Positions 19,416 to 30,217 of a DNA stretch of 64,000 bases are shown piece after piece. Under the pieces are notes generated by a model. That model was not told the DNA's origin. It made no database searches and saw only the letters and a program-made list of their open reading frames with translations. Made by a program: the position numbers and the translations under genes. Position 1 is the first letter of the stretch. Each line of letters begins with the position of its first letter. Origin of the DNA: Turneriella sp. (GTDB taxonomy: Bacteria; Spirochaetota; Leptospiria; Turneriellales; Turneriellaceae); assembly GCA_965279515.1 (NCBI GenBank), contig CBDIID010000003.1, positions 4,096,001-4,160,000 of the forward strand. The letters run 5' to 3'.

Positions 19416-20570
19416 TTAAAAAAATTCCACCTCTCCAGGCTTGTTGCTGTAGGTCTGAAGCAGTTCCGCTTCGGTGAGTGCTGTCGCGATCGGAGCATCT
19501 GCTTTCATATTTAACACGCAGTATAATGTAAGTACTTCCGATTTTTCCCGGACTTTATGCAGCTTGACCTGCTTCACCTCAAGCTGAGGGCGCAATGCCT
19601 CGCAGGTCTCGGCGTCGATCAGGATATCCACACTTGCCTGTCCTGTCCACGATTGCAGCTTCTCTGCGAGGTCCACCGGATCGCCCAGAATCGTGTGCTC
19701 TTTCCGGTATTTGGAACCAACGTTTCCGGCAAAAAATTTTCCGGTACTGATGCCGATGCCGTACGAAATCGGTTCAGTCACGAAAACAGGTCGCCGGTCG
19801 TTATAGGCTCTCATGAAATTCCGTATCTCAAGGGAGCATTTTACGGCGTTGTATGTGTCATTATTGTAGAACACAGGATAGCCAAATGTTGCCAGAATAC
19901 CATCTCCGGTATATTTCGTCAGCGAACCGTGGTTGGCATAAACGATGGCAGCGACACCTTCAAACAAGGATGACAGAAAAACCGCGAAGTCGTCAGGAGG
20001 TAAGTCCTTGCTGATCTCCTCCGGTATTTTGAGTTCAAAGTGAAATACTGAGGCATAAGTCAGAATGCCTTTGTCGTCACCCTGAAGTCTGCCGCCCAGC
20101 AGATGGTCACGAATATCGCGCGAAAAATACTTTCCCAGAATCTGAGTGTTGCGGGTGAGTTCAGTGATTTTTGCTTCGAGGCCTTTGCGATTCTGCAGCT
20201 TACCGAAAGCGCGCTCAATTAACAGTGAGAATTCATGGAGATCGATAGGTTTTTGGAGAATTTGGGTAACACCGTTTTTTAACGCGAGTATACGGGCCTG
20301 CGCCGGCAGGGGTGCACTGGTGAGCAGATAAATTTCAATCCCTGCGTCGAGATGGTTTTCTGCTATCTTGGTGAGCAGAGCAAACTGTTCCTTGGGATCG
20401 TCGTCGAGATCCAGAACCAGGATATCCGCCTGTCTTTCCTGCAGCTTCACGTAGCAGGTATCCAGATTGTTTGCCTGGAAAATCCGGCAATCCAGAATCT
20501 GCCCGAAATCGAGAAGTTTCTCCGTATCGCTGTTGCCGGTGTATAAGATGTTGATTGCTGTTTCAGTCAT
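19416..20570 (-). CDS. REC + degenerate class III nucleotide cyclase
   Basis: Paralogue of 10904-11992; FHFELK (D>E), KYTGDG, GDPVDLAEKL (N>D, R>K); REC keeps VLDLD, LLTS and QKP. Confidence 0.8.
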   Translation of the reverse strand: MTETAINILYTGNSDTEKLLDFGQILDCRIFQANNLDTCYVKLQERQADILVLDLDDDPKEQFALLTKIAENHLDAGIEIYLLTSAPLPAQARILALKNGVTQILQKPIDLHEFSLLIERAFGKLQNRKGLEAKITELTRNTQILGKYFSRDIRDHLLGGRLQGDDKGILTYASVFHFELKIPEEISKDLPPDDFAVFLSSLFEGVAAIVYANHGSLTKYTGDGILATFGYPVFYNNDTYNAVKCSLEIRNFMRAYNDRRPVFVTEPISYGIGISTGKFFAGNVGSKYRKEHTILGDPVDLAEKLQSWTGQASVDILIDAETCEALRPQLEVKQVKLHKVREKSEVLTLYCVLNMKADAPIATALTEAELLQTYSNKPGEVEFF

Positions 20571-20573
20571 CGG

Positions 20574-21077
20574 TTAATTCCTTTTCCCTGCTGTCATATC
20601 ACGCAGTTGCTGTATTTCCTCTACATCGAGTAAACGGGCGATGTTTAGGAGCAATACGAATTTTCCGGCAATTTTACCTACATTGGAAATAAAATCCGCG
20701 CGGATGCGTGTGCCGAAGTTGGGCGAGCCTTCAAGATTGTCCTTTTCGAGGCGTACAACTTCATTAACGGCGTCGACCATGAGGCCCACGTCGAGTTTTG
20801 AACCGTCATAATCCATCTCCGTGACGACGATGCAGGTCATTTTTGTCTGCTCCGTTTTTTCCCAGTCAAAACGCCTGCTTACGTCAAGAACAGGCAGAAC
20901 ATTCCCGCGCAAATTCAGGATGCCCTTAATAAATTCGGGCATCAGTGGAATGGGTGTCACATTACCATACGCCATGATTTCCTTGGCGTGATTGATGTTT
21001 AATCCAAATGCCTGATCTTTTACCCGAAAAGTCAGGAACTGGCCGCTGAGGTAACTGGTGGCTGTTTCGGTTGCCAT
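20574..21077 (-). CDS. cheW: CheW
   Basis: QFLTF, GILNLRGNVLPV, GLMVDAVNEV. Confidence 0.92.
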   Translation of the reverse strand: MATETATSYLSGQFLTFRVKDQAFGLNINHAKEIMAYGNVTPIPLMPEFIKGILNLRGNVLPVLDVSRRFDWEKTEQTKMTCIVVTEMDYDGSKLDVGLMVDAVNEVVRLEKDNLEGSPNFGTRIRADFISNVGKIAGKFVLLLNIARLLDVEEIQQLRDMTAGKRN

Positions 21078-21083
21078 ATTACC

Positions 21084-23330
21084 TCAGTCAAACTTCACGA
21101 ATTGCGCCCGCGATTCCGGTAGCTTGGGAACTGCTGGTAGTTTCACATGGCCGTTGCCGTTTGCCATGTGATTTTGTTTCTGGGCCTGAACGGCCTCGGT
21201 TTTTTTGGGCGCCGTTTTTGCCACTGCATATTGCTGTGACAGGGTGAAGAAGCCGATCGTCTCCTGCAGGGCCGAAGCCTGCGCATTCAATTCTTCGGCG
21301 GTGCTGGCCATTTCTTCAGAAGCAGATGCATTGGTCTGTGTGACTGAATCCAATTGCTGCATCGACTGCTGCATTTGGTCCACGCCAATTTTCTGTTGCT
21401 GTGACGCGGCGTTGACTTCCTGTACTAATTCAGCGGTTTTCTTTATGGTGGGCACGATTATTTCCAGAAGCTCGCCGGCTTTTTCCGTAACTCCGACACT
21501 GCGCTGTACGAGGCCACCAATTTCCTGCGCGGCCGCCCGACTGCGTTCTGCGAGTTCGCGCACTTCTGATGCCACAACTGCAAAGCCGCGGCCGTGTTCG
21601 CCTGCCCGGGCAGCTTCGATAGCCGCATTCAGGGCCAATAGATTAGTCTGGTAAGCGATTTCCTCTACGAGCTCGATTTTCTTGGAAATGTCGCGCATGA
21701 CTTTCACGGTTTCGTTGACTGCTTCACCACCTTCCACAGCCTTCTTCGCCGCATCGACTGCAATGTCGCTGGTGCGCTTTGTGTTCTCGGTGTTTTGTGC
21801 GATTGTCGCGACCATCTCTTCGAGCGAGGCGGAGCTTTCTTCAACGTTAGCAGCCGCTTCGGTTGCCGCCTGGCTTAGGCCCTGCGCGGAGCTGTTAATC
21901 TGCTCTGAGGCACTCTGCACCCCAAGCACGGCCGAAAGAATACCACTCATAGAAGATTCAAGTTGCTCCATCGCACTGTTGAGGTTGTCCCTGATTTTAT
22001 TGAATTCCGGATCAAATTCCCCTTTGACGCGAGTGCCCAATATGCCTTTTTGCAGTTCTTCAAGGCTGGCGCTGATTCTTACAACGGCGTTTTTTTTCTG
22101 GGTGATATCGGTTGCGTACTTCACAACTTTGAACGGTTTGCCGTTGAGGTCAAAAATCGGATTGTACGTTGCCTGCAGCCAGATTTCTTTTCCGCCTTTT
22201 CCGATGCGACGGTATTCGTTGGCCTGAAACTCACCCTGGTTGAGCTTCGCCCAAAAGCTCCGGTATTCCTCGCCGACGGCATATCCAGGTTCAACGAACA
22301 TACGGTGGTGTTGCCCCTGAATTTCGGGTAAAGTATAACCCACCGCACCGAGGAATGCTGCGTTGGCTGTAATAATAGTACCATCGAGTTTAAATTCGAT
22401 AACAGCCTGTGACTTCTGTATGGCATCGAGTTGGCCCGTGAAATCCGCATTGCGCATCTTTTGTTCCGTGATATCGATAGCGAATTTGACAACTTTCCAC
22501 ACCTTACCCGACGGATCCAAAACGGGATTGTACGCGCCCTGAATCCAAACCTCGCGGCCGCCTTTGGCGATCCTTTTGAATTCGCCTGACTGGTACTGGC
22601 CCTGATTTAACTTGTTCCAGAAAAGCCGGTAATCTTCGCCCGCTGCCGTCGCGGGGTCGACAAAGATCCGGTGGTGCTGACCTGCAACCTCACTCTGATC
22701 GTAGCCCATGAGGCTGAGGAAATTTTTATTCGCGCGTACGATCGTACCGTCGAGTTTGAACTCGACAATTGCCTGCGTTTTATCAACTGCGTCAAGTTGC
22801 CCCGTAAAGTTCGCATATTCTTTTTTCTTTTCCGTGATATCGGTGGCGAATTTTACAATCTTCACAAGTTTTCGGCCCTCAAAAACAGGATTGTAGGCGC
22901 CTTGAATCCAGACCTCGTGTCCGTCCCGTGCGATACGTTTGAATTCGCCGGAGTTATACTCCCCCGAATTCAGGCGACTCCAGAATGATCTGTATTCATC
23001 GCTTGACGAGTATGCGTTGTCGACGAAGATACGGTGGTGTTTTCCCTGGATATCTGCCAGAGAATACCCCATCAGGTTCAGAAAATTTTCATTTGCGGTG
23101 ATAATAGTGCCGTCGGTCCTGAATTCAATGACAGCCTGCGATTTATTGATAGCCTCAATCTTGCCCTCTAAATCGCTTATTTTACCTCCACCGCGCCGGC
23201 GCAAAAACAAAAAGACCGCGAGCGCTCCCATCAGAAGCAGCCCTGCTGCCAACACGATGATGAGCAGTGACTCATTTCCACGCTGTGGCAACCCTTCCAC
23301 CATCAGAAATACCAGATTATTGAAATTCAT
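21084..23330 (-). CDS. Methyl-accepting chemotaxis protein with three tandem PAS domains
   Basis: One N-terminal TM; three repeats of SQAVIEFxxDGTIxxANxNFL...[37 protein letters not shown]-terminal QFVKFD. Confidence 0.93.
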   Translation of the reverse strand: MNFNNLVFLMVEGLPQRGNESLLIIVLAAGLLLMGALAVFLFLRRRGGGKISDLEGKIEAINKSQAVIEFRTDGTIITANENFLNLMGYSLADIQGKHHRIFVDNAYSSSDEYRSFWSRLNSGEYNSGEFKRIARDGHEVWIQGAYNPVFEGRKLVKIVKFATDITEKKKEYANFTGQLDAVDKTQAIVEFKLDGTIVRANKNFLSLMGYDQSEVAGQHHRIFVDPATAAGEDYRLFWNKLNQGQYQSGEFKRIAKGGREVWIQGAYNPVLDPSGKVWKVVKFAIDITEQKMRNADFTGQLDAIQKSQAVIEFKLDGTIITANAAFLGAVGYTLPEIQGQHHRMFVEPGYAVGEEYRSFWAKLNQGEFQANEYRRIGKGGKEIWLQATYNPIFDLNGKPFKVVKYATDITQKKNAVVRISASLEELQKGILGTRVKGEFDPEFNKIRDNLNSAMEQLESSMSGILSAVLGVQSASEQINSSAQGLSQAATEAAANVEESSASLEEMVATIAQNTENTKRTSDIAVDAAKKAVEGGEAVNETVKVMRDISKKIELVEEIAYQTNLLALNAAIEAARAGEHGRGFAVVASEVRELAERSRAAAQEIGGLVQRSVGVTEKAGELLEIIVPTIKKTAELVQEVNAASQQQKIGVDQMQQSMQQLDSVTQTNASASEEMASTAEELNAQASALQETIGFFTLSQQYAVAKTAPKKTEAVQAQKQNHMANGNGHVKLPAVPKLPESRAQFVKFD

Positions 23331-23347
23331 TTTTCCTCCATAACATT

Positions 23348-25291
23348 TTACGATTGCAGTTTCGATTTTTCATCGGTAATTAACTCGACGATTCCCTGAA
23401 TATCGACTATCAGAGCCATATCTCCGTCTCCGAGTATGGTAGCCCCGCCGAGACCGGGGATTCCCGAAAGAAATCCATTCAGGGGTTTGATCACGGTCTG
23501 ATATTCACCGAGGGGTTCATCGACAACAATGCCAATCCTTGCCGCACCCCACTGAATGACGACCAGGCTCTCACGGTCTATTTGTTTGCCCGGGATGTGG
23601 AAAATTTGTTTGAGCCGCACGTAGGGAAGAACCTCGCCGCGCAGATTGAAAAGCTGGCTTTCATACTCGGATTTTTTTTCCGCATCCTGCCTGAAATCGA
23701 TGCACTCTTTGATGGCTTCCAGGGGAATAATGAATCTCTGACTCTCTGACCGCACGAGAAAACCGTCGATGATGGCGAGGGTAAGGGGTAAGGCGATACG
23801 CATTGTCGTACCTTTGCCCTCTTCAGAATAGATGCGGATCGTACCACGCAGCGCTTCGATGTTCTTCTTCACGACATCCATGCCCACGCCGCGGCCTGAA
23901 AGCTCGGTTACGGTGTCAGCGGTTGAGAAACCGGGTTGCAGAATAAATTGCTGTATCTCCGTCGCCGAATATTCGCGATCTTCACCGGCGATGCCGCGTT
24001 CACGCGCTTTTTGAAGGATTTTCTGGTAGTTAAGACCGCGCCCATCATCTGTAATCTCAATGACGATGGTGCCGGCTTCATGAAAAGCCGTGAGAGAGAT
24101 TGTGCCTGATCTGGCTTTGCCACGTTCTTCGCGTTCCTCGGCTGATTCGATCCCGTGATCTATTGCATTACGTATGATGTGCACCAGCGGATCGTTAATT
24201 TTTTCAATGACGTTTTTATCGAGTTCGGTTTCCTCACCGTGGAAAGCGATCGTGATTTCCTTGCCAATTCGCGCCGCAGTATCACGAACGATGCGCTCCA
24301 TTTTCCGGAATGTTGCACCTATGGGAACCATCCGCAGATTCATCGCCAGTTCGCGGACGTTCTCCACAAGCCGCGACATTTCCTTCACTGGTTTCAGGAA
24401 AGCCCGCACCTGGTGTGCCTGAACCAATTGCTGCAGGCTGCTGTTTTTCATAACCAATTCGCCGACTAAATTGACGAAATCATCAAGTTTGCCGGCGTCC
24501 ACGCGGATCGAGTGCCCCGTACGCGTTTTCGCTTCCTGCTTGGGGATACTTCCGTGTATAACTGCCGCGCCCTCTGGCTCTGCCTGCCGGATCGCAGTGA
24601 TCGTGGCCTGGGATTTCAGGAATTCAAATGCTTCATCGATAACGGTTGCGGCTGTGACAGCATTGACATGCTCAGAAAATTGAATGCCTATTTTCAGATA
24701 ACACGATTCCGGATCGTAGTTTTCGGCAAGGGGAATGGAGTCCGGATAGACCCATACCGAATCGACATCGCTGTTTTTCAGCAGATAGCCCAAGGCGTTT
24801 TCGAGCGACATGCGCGAGCGGAAGAGATCCTCGCTGGTGGCGATGGAATAACTTAAGGGCGCGGGTCTCGATGCCGGAGTTGCAAGAAGCTGGTTGAGCC
24901 GCAGCATCAGGGCATTGCTGATTGCTGTGAGCTCCGTGTCGGCCGGTCCGGTATTTTCAGCCTCGGTATAATAAGCCAGTAATGCCTGCAGGTGGTCATA
25001 ACCATTAAAGAGTAGTGTCGTAAGTTCCCTTGTAAGTACAAGGTTTTGACTGCGCAGCGCATCCAGAACATTCTCCATGGTATGCGCAAAACGGATGAGT
25101 TCGTCGTAAGCAAAAACGGCTCCAGACCCTTTGATCGTGTGCACGGCGCGAAAAGCTGTGTGGATGGACTCCATATTAGAAGTATCTTTCTCCAGATCCA
25201 GGAGCGCACGCTCAAATGCTGTCATGTGCTCTCTCGCATCTTCAAGATACGCAGAACGCAGATTATCCATGTTGATCTGAAGGTTTGCCAT
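23348..25291 (-). CDS. cheA: CheA histidine kinase
   Basis: FRAVHTIKG (P1), [28 protein letters not shown]-terminal CheW-like domain. Confidence 0.93.
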   Translation of the reverse strand: MANLQINMDNLRSAYLEDAREHMTAFERALLDLEKDTSNMESIHTAFRAVHTIKGSGAVFAYDELIRFAHTMENVLDALRSQNLVLTRELTTLLFNGYDHLQALLAYYTEAENTGPADTELTAISNALMLRLNQLLATPASRPAPLSYSIATSEDLFRSRMSLENALGYLLKNSDVDSVWVYPDSIPLAENYDPESCYLKIGIQFSEHVNAVTAATVIDEAFEFLKSQATITAIRQAEPEGAAVIHGSIPKQEAKTRTGHSIRVDAGKLDDFVNLVGELVMKNSSLQQLVQAHQVRAFLKPVKEMSRLVENVRELAMNLRMVPIGATFRKMERIVRDTAARIGKEITIAFHGEETELDKNVIEKINDPLVHIIRNAIDHGIESAEEREERGKARSGTISLTAFHEAGTIVIEITDDGRGLNYQKILQKARERGIAGEDREYSATEIQQFILQPGFSTADTVTELSGRGVGMDVVKKNIEALRGTIRIYSEEGKGTTMRIALPLTLAIIDGFLVRSESQRFIIPLEAIKECIDFRQDAEKKSEYESQLFNLRGEVLPYVRLKQIFHIPGKQIDRESLVVIQWGAARIGIVVDEPLGEYQTVIKPLNGFLSGIPGLGGATILGDGDMALIVDIQGIVELITDEKSKLQS

Positions 25292-25674
25292 TAGAACTCC
25301 TGTGGGGCTACCCCATAGCGAAATCGGCTGCCAGCTTCCGGACCTTTCTGTAAAACAATTTTATCCCGAAACAGCCCGGTGACTCCGTACATCTCGATCA
25401 GTTTAAGAGCGGGGGCGGAATGGTTGATGAATTTTACTTTCGTTCGCGTCAGGTGTGCGTTTTTCTTAAGCACTGCCAGAAGTTGAATTCCCGCTGTATC
25501 GATATCATCCAGAGATTTCAGATCCAAAACGAGCATGTCATAGGCACGCAGGTATGGAAAAATATCCAGCCAGGCGTTTTTGACAGACATCGCTGTGAGC
25601 GGTCCGGCGCATGTGATGACGCAGCGCCGGTCCTTATCGTAGGTCTTCTCAATGCGCATCGATGAGTTTTGCAA
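25291..25674 (-). CDS. STAS domain protein
   Basis: LDLKSLDDIDTAGIQLL motif; directly upstream of cheA; start may be MRIEKT. Confidence 0.8.
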   Translation of the reverse strand: MQNSSMRIEKTYDKDRRCVITCAGPLTAMSVKNAWLDIFPYLRAYDMLVLDLKSLDDIDTAGIQLLAVLKKNAHLTRTKVKFINHSAPALKLIEMYGVTGLFRDKIVLQKGPEAGSRFRYGVAPQEF

Positions 25675-25957
25675 AGTAACCTGAAAAGTTAAGATCCCGG
25701 ATCAGACCGATAATTTTAGGCGTACTTTCAAGGTTTGCCGGTAGGGTGTTTTGCTGTAGTTTTAACCCCAGAGATGCAAGAACGCTAAGGTTCTGCATGG
25801 AAAGCACCGAATCATCGTATACGCGCACGGTTACGTTCTCCAGCTTTTCCTGGTCGAGCACGTATTCCAGTTCTGTCCAAATCTTGTATGTCCCCTTATC
25901 GAGATCTGTTTTCTCCAGGGATAAAAAAAGCTTATTGCTATTTCTGACTAAATTCAT
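25649..25957 (-). CDS. Hypothetical protein (possible degenerate STAS fold)
   Basis: Overlaps next gene; GGAGG Shine-Dalgarno upstream; first gene of the che operon. Confidence 0.55.
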   Translation of the reverse strand: MNLVRNSNKLFLSLEKTDLDKGTYKIWTELEYVLDQEKLENVTVRVYDDSVLSMQNLSVLASLGLKLQQNTLPANLESTPKIIGLIRDLNFSGYFAKLIDAH

Positions 25958-26201
25958 TTGCGTTCCTCCCGCGGTGCGTATGATTTAACACATTTTCAGT
26001 CCGGTGTCAATTTGCCCATGAACGTAATTTTCTGCGCGGAAACACGCAGATTTGGGGAAAATTTGATGATTTTTGGCAGCCATCGGGGGTACTTACTGCC
26101 AAAACTTCCCGCTTTTCATGATTGACGGGGTGATCTGTAGCCTGTACGAGTGTGCATCTTATGTCGTAATATTTCCAAAGAAACCGTCTTACACTGCGGG
26201 A

Positions 26202-26636
26202 ATGGGTTTACTTGTCGATGTGAGGTTTAACGAAATGGTAATTGCAAATCATCAAAAGAATCGGGTTGAAAACGTGGTAGCGGAATATTGGATTCAAGAC
26301 GGTATTTTGCACGGGCGGTTCAAAAGTGGAGCCCTGATTGATCTTGAGGCGGCCAAGGACTGTTTGAAGATTCGCAACCAGATTCTCGGCGATCAGACAC
26401 TTCCTCTTCTTTTAGACGTCCGCGGCTTAAAAGAACTCACGAAATCGGCACGTGATTTTTTGGGTTCCCCGCAGTGCATGAAAGGGACGTCCGCCGGGGT
26501 ATTGTTGACGAATAACTCAATTTTCGTGCGCACCGTTGCCAATATTTTTTTTCGCCTCGCGACACCGGCGATTCCCCACCGCATGTATTCGGATTTGGCA
26601 ACAGCAGAGAAATGGCTGTCCTCGTACAAAGCCTGA
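26202..26636 (+). CDS. STAS/SEC14-like (SpoIIAA-like) small protein
   Basis: YWIQDGIL..IDLEAAK..LLLDVRGLKELTKSARDFL..MYSDLATAEKWL pattern; start uncertain. Confidence 0.65.
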   Translation: MGLLVDVRFNEMVIANHQKNRVENVVAEYWIQDGILHGRFKSGALIDLEAAKDCLKIRNQILGDQTLPLLLDVRGLKELTKSARDFLGSPQCMKGTSAGVLLTNNSIFVRTVANIFFRLATPAIPHRMYSDLATAEKWLSSYKA

Positions 26637-26754
26637 TTGCTTGCCGATGGAATATCATATCTGGCAAATAGCCGAACACCGCCCGTGGGTTCTGCTCTGA
26701 TTTTTTTACTGTCTAGACCGCCGGTTGAGGACGGAATATTAATGCAGGAGAAGA

Positions 26755-27675
26755 ATGATATCCGAGGGATTCGAAAATACGGATAAGGAAGTCCCGGATT
26801 CTGCATCTGAGGAAAAAATCCAAAAACTCATTGATTGTATTCTAAAAGCCGCTGCCGGTGACCGCTCCGCATTTTTTGATTTCTCACCCGATGGTGATTC
26901 TGTCGATGCAATTGGCCTTGCTTACAACAGTCTTCTGGAGGAAGTTCGCAGTTCTCACGACCAGCGTGAGAAAGACCTTTTGGCGTGGCGGCGTGCCTTG
27001 CACGATATTCGCGGTCCGATCAGTTCGATCCCATTGCTCATTGAGACATTGACTCAGGCTCGCCATAGGGGTGAAACCAGCGAAGATGCATCGGCGCAGA
27101 TTTTGTCAGCAATCGCCGCCTCCTGCAAAATCATGCTCTCAAAAATCAGCCATGCCCTCACCGGTGAATACGCCGCTGCAATAAGTACAGAGAAAATTTA
27201 TATCCGGGACCTGGTTGAAGAAGCGGTAACGGTCTCTATGATTAACCAATTGCTGGCAAATTATACGATAAGTCTCAGCGTCCCTGATGATTTTATGCTC
27301 TTCAGTGATCGTCACCTCTTACTGTCCGTGGTGAAAAATCTCATAGAAAATTCGTGTAAATACCGTCGTCCTGAGGTTCCCGGATTGCTGAATATTTCAG
27401 CTTTCAATAAAGCGGGAAAAAGCGTGATACGGTTTGCCGATAATGGCACGGGTATTCAGAGGGAACATATTTCGCGTATCTTTCAGGCGTATACTCAACT
27501 AAACGAAAAAGCCGAGGGCTTGGGCTATGGGCTATATTCAGTGAAACGTGATGTTGAAGCTCTGGGCGGGGACATCTCTGTCTCCAGTATATTCGGACAT
27601 GGGGTTACGATTGAAGTCAGTCTGGATCAGGTAACTGACAGTAACGCATTCCGGCGTAAAAAAGATATTACATAA
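26755..27675 (+). CDS. Soluble sensor histidine kinase with HAMP-like N-terminus
   Basis: HDIRGPI H-box, NLIENSCKY, DNGTGI, GLGYGL; no TM. Confidence 0.85.
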   Translation: MISEGFENTDKEVPDSASEEKIQKLIDCILKAAAGDRSAFFDFSPDGDSVDAIGLAYNSLLEEVRSSHDQREKDLLAWRRALHDIRGPISSIPLLIETLTQARHRGETSEDASAQILSAIAASCKIMLSKISHALTGEYAAAISTEKIYIRDLVEEAVTVSMINQLLANYTISLSVPDDFMLFSDRHLLLSVVKNLIENSCKYRRPEVPGLLNISAFNKAGKSVIRFADNGTGIQREHISRIFQAYTQLNEKAEGLGYGLYSVKRDVEALGGDISVSSIFGHGVTIEVSLDQVTDSNAFRRKKDIT

Positions 27676-30115
27676 TGGACATTTTGCTCATTGCAAAATT
27701 ATCTTCATTATCCGCAAACATCACTGTCGGTAGCGGTAAGGCTCCTAATCTCTGTTTTTCCACAGATGCGGTGAAAGCAAGCTGCACTGTTCCACAATGC
27801 AGCTCTTTCGCACGAATGATATTGCGGTACATGATCTGACGGTAGGGTTCGTGTTTTTCCATCAGGGAATAATCTGTTCCAACCAGCATGGGGCAGTAGG
27901 TCTTTCCATTCACGAAATTAAAGCAGAAAGCCGCAACGTTGTCGTACGCGGTCTTTCCGTGTTCCTGCCGCAAGCGGATGATAAGTATTTCCCAGCTCGG
28001 AGATTTACCAATAGCCGCGAAAAGTGAGAAGGGCAGATCAAACGTATTCAGTTCGGTTTTATTTTTTTTCAGGCCACAATAAAGTCGGTAAAGTGTTTGC
28101 AGCCCTTCAGTCGTGGGGTTTTTCCACAGTTCAAGGTTGAAATCCGAGAAATGGTCGAATACATGGCGACGAATGTGGCGGCGGGAATTCTTCGAAAGAC
28201 CATAATAATACTCCTCCGCTGTTTTCCAGGCAGAGATATCGAGAATATGATTGTCAGGCATATCGTATGGAAAAAAGCCTTCTTTGATGAACAAGTCTTT
28301 GAGCTCGGCATCATTTTTTGCGAAGTCGCGCAGCACTATTGCTTTGGCGCCCATTTCCTGCCGATCTTTGCCGGCGCGTTCGAGTAGGGCTACCATAGCT
28401 CCCTGCCATTGTTTATGCGCGCGGTTTAAATACAGGTGATCGCCTTCGGTCAGCGGTGTGCCCATACCGTAGTAAACCGCACAGAGGTAATAGGGATCCG
28501 ATTTGCGTTGTTCTTCGACAGCGGAAGAAATGCGGGCCGAGGCGAGCATATCTTCTTTTGTCCAAGCCAGCGTAAAAAAAGTCACCAGAATTATATTACC
28601 TTCGCGGTCAAGCACCTGATAATAGCGGATTTTCCAGTTATTTTCTTTTTCCGGATTATTCTGAAAAGTTTCCTCTAGCAGTCTTAAGCCTTGCCAGTTA
28701 AACGCCCCTTTGCCTTCAAAATAGTTATCCCATTCCGCCGCCGGTATCTGCTTGATCGAATCAAAACACTTTACGGTGAAAATTTCACTTCCGGTTTTTT
28801 GCGCACGACCGCCGTTGAATGCCGGAGTTTCCTGGGCACCGTCGATTTTGAAAGCTTTGTAGACGTCTTCAATCGTTCGGCCTTCTTCGGCAAGGGCGAG
28901 CGGAAGGTGGTATTCGACAGCATCCATCAGGTTCTTTATATCTGCCTTGCTCGTATGTAGCGTAAACGTTAGCCTTAACCCTGTGTTCTTCACGGGGACG
29001 GCGGGGAAAATCGCAAGATTGGTGTAGAAGCCGTCGAGCATGAGCCGGCGTGAAATATTATATCCGACCCGGGGGTGTCCCAGGCAAATAAAGAATATCG
29101 GCGATCGGCTGAGTTCGACATACGGCAGTTTCTTATCGATGATCAGCTGATTCCCGTAATCAATGCGGGCCATGAGTTCTTGCTGCATTGGTGGTAATTC
29201 ATCAGAAAGCATGATATCGGCGGAAGCTAAGGAGGCCCCGAGCACCGGGGGGACCAATGGGCCTGAAAAAATCATCGTATAGCCAATGGTGCGGACTTTT
29301 TCCGCCGTTTTCTTATCAGGGAAGACCAGCACCCCCCCCGTGGTGCCGAATGCCTTGGCTAGCGAGGTCGCAAGTACCATCTTGGGGTGTAGCTCGATCT
29401 GGCTGAGTGTATATCCCCTTCCGTATTTCCCTGCCCAGCCCATACCATGGGCGTCATCGACATAGAGGTGGAACTGGTCGTATTGGTCGAGCATTTGGCT
29501 TAGTTGCGCGACGGGCGCCAGTTGACCGTACATCGAATAGACGCCATCGATCATATACCAGATGCGCCGGTGTTTTTGCCGCAGAATTTTGATCTGCTCC
29601 TCCAGTTTGTCCAGCCGGTTATGCCGCAGAATGTCGACTTTGACGCCCCGGCTTTTTTCCGTGGTTACCGCCCTCTGCACGCTGGCATGCACAAACTGAT
29701 CCAGAATTACGGCATCATCGTCGGTCAAAAGAGTTGGTAAGGAAGAAAAGTGTCCCAATGTCGTCGTTGGGGCGATAACGATATGCCCGCCAAAGAGTTT
29801 TTCAAATTTTTCTTCGAGGGCGTCATAAAGTCCCGAGGAAAGGTAGGCTCGCGACGAAGAAACCTGGGTCCCATGCTTGAGCACAGCGGCGATGGCCCCG
29901 TCTTGCAATCTTTTATCAGTTTCTAACCCCAAATAGCTGCAATTTCCGAAGTTAATAAGGGGGGTGTCATAGGTTTTCAGCTTTAGTAGCCGGCCGTCGA
30001 TTTTATCGAGTTTTTCAATATAATCGGTATCTGAAGAAAGCTGCCACACGCCATTTTGCATTGCTCCCTTAAAAACTTCGTCCACAGTATCAAGAAAGCT
30101 ATTGTGTTTGCTCAT
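27668..30115 (-). CDS. Alpha-oxoamine synthase (BioF/CqsA-like PLP enzyme) fused to a GNAT/FemAB-like domain
   Basis: NCSYLGL, DQFVHAS, RHN, DGVYSMYG, DDAHG, TSLAKAFG (PLP Lys); C-terminal ~370 aa resembling the FemAB-like GNAT at 30569. Confidence 0.85.
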   Translation of the reverse strand: MSKHNSFLDTVDEVFKGAMQNGVWQLSSDTDYIEKLDKIDGRLLKLKTYDTPLINFGNCSYLGLETDKRLQDGAIAAVLKHGTQVSSSRAYLSSGLYDALEEKFEKLFGGHIVIAPTTTLGHFSSLPTLLTDDDAVILDQFVHASVQRAVTTEKSRGVKVDILRHNRLDKLEEQIKILRQKHRRIWYMIDGVYSMYGQLAPVAQLSQMLDQYDQFHLYVDDAHGMGWAGKYGRGYTLSQIELHPKMVLATSLAKAFGTTGGVLVFPDKKTAEKVRTIGYTMIFSGPLVPPVLGASLASADIMLSDELPPMQQELMARIDYGNQLIIDKKLPYVELSRSPIFFICLGHPRVGYNISRRLMLDGFYTNLAIFPAVPVKNTGLRLTFTLHTSKADIKNLMDAVEYHLPLALAEEGRTIEDVYKAFKIDGAQETPAFNGGRAQKTGSEIFTVKCFDSIKQIPAAEWDNYFEGKGAFNWQGLRLLEETFQNNPEKENNWKIRYYQVLDREGNIILVTFFTLAWTKEDMLASARISSAVEEQRKSDPYYLCAVYYGMGTPLTEGDHLYLNRAHKQWQGAMVALLERAGKDRQEMGAKAIVLRDFAKNDAELKDLFIKEGFFPYDMPDNHILDISAWKTAEEYYYGLSKNSRRHIRRHVFDHFSDFNLELWKNPTTEGLQTLYRLYCGLKKNKTELNTFDLPFSLFAAIGKSPSWEILIIRLRQEHGKTAYDNVAAFCFNFVNGKTYCPMLVGTDYSLMEKHEPYRQIMYRNIIRAKELHCGTVQLAFTASVEKQRLGALPLPTVMFADNEDNFAMSKMSIM

Positions 30116-30217
30116 CTATCCCCCCGCAATCTGCTTTTGCGAATATGTTCTGTCGAGGCGGAAATCTACAAAAATTTGACAACCTCAGCCAAAAATTGCG
30201 CCACGTATTCCGTGGCG

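Noticed and set aside
21950..23170. ~366-nt tandem repeats
   Set aside because: Explained by the three PAS domains of the MCP
27668..30115. Calling the PLP enzyme bioF
   Set aside because: Twice the expected length, GNAT fusion and no biotin genes nearby
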